Part shown: in pieces, positions 60,114 through 64,000 of the stretch
Layout: each line of letters begins with the position of its first letter
Numbering within the stretch: the first letter of the stretch is position 1
Assembly: GCA_043228905.1 (NCBI GenBank)
Contig: JBHGNT010000051.1
Location: 114,669 to 178,668, forward strand
Length of the DNA: 64,000 nucleotides
Direction: 5' to 3'
From: Azolla caroliniana
Taxonomy: Eukaryota > Plantae > Polypodiophyta
Translations under genes and position numbers: made by a program
The notes under the pieces: model-generated
Databases searched by the model: none
What the model was told of the DNA's origin: nothing
Seen by the model: the letters and a program-made list of their open reading frames with translations, nothing else

Positions 60114-62550
60114 ATCTGTACGATAAAACCATGTACAATAGGTAGGAAATTTTGCTTCTCCGACAGCGGAGCATGTACGATGGTCGGCATCGCCGGCCGA
60201 GAGAAAACAAAGACGGAGGGGAGACTTCGGGCGTGCGGAGTTCTCGGCCCTGACGAAGAAATCGACGGAGCCGTGGAGGCAGTCTCCTTCGACGACACCT
60301 TGGGAATGCTGGGGAAGGTAGTCGAAGAAGACCTTAACGAAGACCGGACGATACCGGTATGTTCCGAAGAAATGTACGAAGTCATCGCGGACTTCGGTCG
60401 AGGGCTCGAGTCGGAACGGACGGCCCGAGTTAGCACCAAGTACAAGACTGTGGACCGGAAGGTGAGGCCAGTTGCGGCGCCCTTACCGGAGGGCAGCAAA
60501 TCCCGAATCAAAGGGGTTGCATCGGACCCCAGCTTACGAGATCCGGCCTGCATAGGACACACCTTCACCAATGAGACGCTCCGCGAGCTGAAGATCGGTG
60601 GGGGCGGGTTCCTACTGCCGGTGGAGGAAGATCGGTTTCGGAGAATGCTCGGAAGGCACGGGAAAGCCTTCGCATTCTCACCGGAGGAAATCGGGTGCGT
60701 AGACCCGACGATCGTAGAGCCAATGGTGATATTCACGGTACCGCATGTACCGTGGAATCTCAAGCCAATTCCGGTTCCGAGAGCTCACATCCCGAAGTTG
60801 ATGGAGCTGTTGAAGCAGAAAGTTGATATGGGCATTCTCGAGCCGTCGAGCGCCCCATATTCAAACCGATGGTTTACCGTACCAAAGAAAAACGGATCGT
60901 TGCGCTTCATTCAGGACCTACAGCCGGTCAACAGAGTGACCATTCGGAACGCAGGGATCGGACCGACCATAGACGAGTTCGCGGAGGCCTTCGCCGGAAG
61001 GTCGATTTACTCGGTCGGTGATCTATACTCAGGGTACGACCAGTTCCAGCTAGCCGTGGAGAGCAGAGACATTACGACGATGCGAACTCCCCTCGGCCTA
61101 GTGCGGATGTGTACGCTGCCACAAGGAGGGACCAACTCGGTGGCCCACATGGTGAATGCAATGAACAAGGTGCTGAGGGACTGCATCCCGGACATCACCA
61201 TGCCGTTTCTAGACGACATCCCGATCAAGGGATGCCCGGTAGAAGAGAAGGACGAGACGATCGGGCCGGACGGATGCCGGCGATTCGTGATGACACACAT
61301 CGACGACTGCGAGAAGGTGCTGCAAAGGCTAGAGGATGCGAGGCTCACCTTCTCGGGGGAGAAGTCAGCCTTCGGGCAGTCGGAAATCATGGTGGTCGGA
61401 CATTTATGTCGACCATATGGCCGGAAACCGTCTCCGGCAAAGGTAGAAGCCATCTCCGCGATGAAGCCTGATTGCAGCTCGGTCACGGTAAGTACGAAGA
61501 TTCTTGGGAGCATGCGCCTTCTACCACATATGGATCCCGCATTACGCGCACGTCGCGGAGCCGCTGTACGGATTATTGAAGAAAGGGCGAAGATTCGAAT
61601 GGCTAGACAAGCACACGGAGTCGGTCCGGAAGCTGAAGGAGGCTCTTTCGGCAGCACCGGCACTCCGAAAGGCCGTCTACAGGAAGGGCACCCCAGTGTA
61701 CATAACGGTTGACACGAGTCCGACCGGAATCGGGTGGGTCGTCAACCAAGAAGACGAGGACGGCAATCGGTTTCCGATCCGATTCGGCGCGAAGGTCCTC
61801 AGTGAGCGGCAGCAAGGATACACCCAGGTTAAACGCGAACTCTGGGGTATCGTTTCGGCGGTGAAGGCCGACAAGGACTATCTGATCGGGACAGAGGTAA
61901 TCATAGAGACGGATTGCATGCCGATTCTCGGCATGGTTTCCGGATGCGCGACGCCGGACCTGGCAATGCTCAGGTGGATAGCGTACATCAAGTCCCTGGA
62001 CCCGGAAATACGACACATTTCCGGGAAAGACAACGCCATGGCCGACATGCTTTCGAGGGCGAGGTTCGATGACGAGGGCGGCATGGTTTCGGAGGACGAA
62101 GAGGTCGGCGTGGACTTCTTCGAGGCAGCATACGTAACAACCGACGGGACGAGCACTCCGGCGCTTAACGACTTCGACGCGAGCAAGTACGACGGGGAGT
62201 GGCTGCAGATCGGTGGGTTCTTGAGGACAATGGCGCCGGATGCGTCATGGACGAAAGACGAGGCCAACCGGATTCGGAAGAAAGCGTACCGGTTCTTTCT
62301 CCGAGATGGCTATCTATGGAAGCACCCGAAGAAGAGGGACGGCGCTCCGCTCCGGGTGGTGGCGATGAAGGAAGAACAGGAGGAGCTGCTGACGGCCTAC
62401 CACGACAGCCCTTGGGCCGGACACCGTGGAACTTGGGCCACGTTCGAGAAGATAAAGGAGAAGTACTGGTGGCCGGGACTGTACCGGGACGTGCATCGAT
62501 TCGTGACAACTTGCGAGAGCTGTCAGATGCACTCCGTGGTCCGACACCGG
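60054..62550 (+). pseudogene. pol: G2 ORF2 RT-RNase H-integrase N-terminus, with a 1-nt frameshift near 61490
   Basis: PFLDDIPIKG, FLGACAFY, IETDC, NAMADMLSR, HDSPWAGHRG..CESCQ. Confidence 0.92.
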
Positions 62551-62735
62551 TGTCGAATACAAGTGTATAATGGACGTATTCACACTATCCCTTGTATAGC
62601 TCTAGTTTGGGCCATTTGTGTAATTAGCGTAAAGGGTAGTTGCCCTAAGTCGGTCACTATATAAAGTGACCTAGTAACCTCTTTGTAAGGTTGGGTGTTG
62701 TATTATTGTTTCTATTGAATAGAAAATCTTGTGTG

Positions 62736-62786
<51 letters not shown>

Positions 62787-63888
62787 ACGGATCAGAAACA
62801 TCTTCGTTGCAGCGACCTTCTTTTCGTAGGTGTCCGACAGTGTTTTCCACAGTTCGAATGCTGTCGTACACGATTGCACCGTAAAGTGTACCGATTCCGA
62901 TAGGTGCATCCGAATCGTGGCGCGGACGATTCTGTCCAGCTTCTGCCACTCAATTGGTTTGTATCCTTCTGGAGGTTCTTCATTTTCGATGGGATCGATT
63001 TGCCCCTTGACTATGAGATAGTCCTGCATTTGCTCCTTCCAGAAGTTGAAGTTCGATCCATCGAACTTTCGTAGACTCATTTCTGACGAGCCGGATGTTG
63101 ATGCCATCAAATTCGGTTTCGGTTGACGAAGCTCGGTTCGGAGTTGACTACGAACCTTGTTGGAGTGCAGCCGGTTGGCTCACCCGATATCGTTCTAGTC
63201 GGATTTGAACCCGAGTCGGTTCGGCTTCGGATATATGTATTGTTGAACTTGCTCGAATTGACTCCGGTAACTTGAGGGACAGAACCGACTGGTCTTCCCG
63301 AATGTTGCCGAGTCGGAGTGAGCCCGGTTCGCTTCCGAATCTGTATGCCAAATACCGATTATTGAAACCGATTGTCTGGACCGATTCTGCTTCGGGTGAC
63401 TGCAGCGACGAGAGAGACGGATCCAACTGATCCTCCCGAATGTCGATCAGCCGGATGAAGCACGAATTGGGGTTGTTGTCTTGAGACTGATCTGCACCGA
63501 GTGGTTACAATGAGCGGGGAGCAGCGTTTGATGACCTCTTCGGATGCCGTTTAACCGAGTGGAGCACGATCGTGTCAATGTTGCACAAGGGGATTTCACC
63601 TCGAGCGGTTACGATCACAAGGAACAGAGTACAACCGGCTGGCTTACTCCAAGCGAAGATGATCTAACGCGATGAGATGCAAGCCTCGTTTCTTTTCTTC
63701 TTCTCTCTTCTTCGAATGACGCAGGAGACCGAATGTTGTGCAGGCTGAGACGACGGCCGACAGCGAGTTGAAGGACCGAATACTGTGCAGGCTCTGATAC
63801 CAGATGTTGGAGACAATGTCGTCAATATCAAAGATCAAATAGCATTAGATTCGTGCTGAGTACCTGCGTATGACAATTTCTGATCCGT

Positions 63889-63927
<39 letters not shown>

Positions 63928-64000
63928 CACACAAGATTTTCTATTCAATAGAAACAATAATACAACACCCAACCTTACAAAGAGGTTACTAGGTCACTTT
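62551..64000 (-). mobile_element. D3: truncated fold-back Copia derivative (inverted partial LTR + gag 5' end + leader + PBS + LTR)
   Basis: 62551-62798 is an inverted LTR segment, of which 62663-62798 pairs with 63877-64000. gag start at about 63107. PBS-iMet at 63791-63802(-). LTR from 63805 to the window end. Confidence 0.9.
62788..63107 (-). pseudogene. gag: D3 gag N-terminal fragment
   Basis: Almost identical to the D2 gag (SEMSLRKFDGSNFNFWKEQM..KMFLIR). Confidence 0.92.

Larger units (their letters stand above)
57091..62550 (+). mobile_element. G2: near-intact Gypsy element (Trp PBS), cut in the integrase zinc finger by D3; remainder beyond the window
   Basis: 5' LTR 57091-57886; PBS 57891-57908; gag-PR then RT-RH-IN. 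Confidence 0.93.

Overview
Gene-free, eukaryotic (land-plant-type) heterochromatin made entirely of nested LTR retrotransposons. About 16 elements can be resolved by hand from LTR pairs, primer-binding sites (PBS), polypurine tracts (PPT) and target-site duplications (TSD); the labels are mine. The outermost is an old Copia RT remnant, H0 (27811-28418 + 38922-39373). Nesting runs up to five levels: H0>D1>A1>X>B1; H0>D1>C1>A2>F1; H0>A3>C2; H0>G0>E1>D2; H0>G0>G1>G2>D3. Ten elements are Ty1/Copia, with tRNA-iMet PBS and 5-bp TSDs wherever these are visible. One (X) is a chimeric tRNA-Arg-primed non-autonomous element. Five (F1, E1, G0, G1, G2) form an unusual Ty3/Gypsy group. This group shows a tRNA-Trp PBS, 4-bp CG-centred target sites, a DHG protease motif, an FLDD RT motif and a -1 frameshift/pseudoknot signal between gag-PR and RT. 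It also has gag-only satellites, a conserved pre-PPT hairpin and tRNA-like A/B-box modules in two LTRs. D3 is a Copia fold-back derivative with terminal inverted repeats. No host gene, rRNA, intact tRNA or CRISPR array is supported. Lineage names and the host organism (possibly a non-seed land plant) are inferences that need a database search. All counts are by eye.
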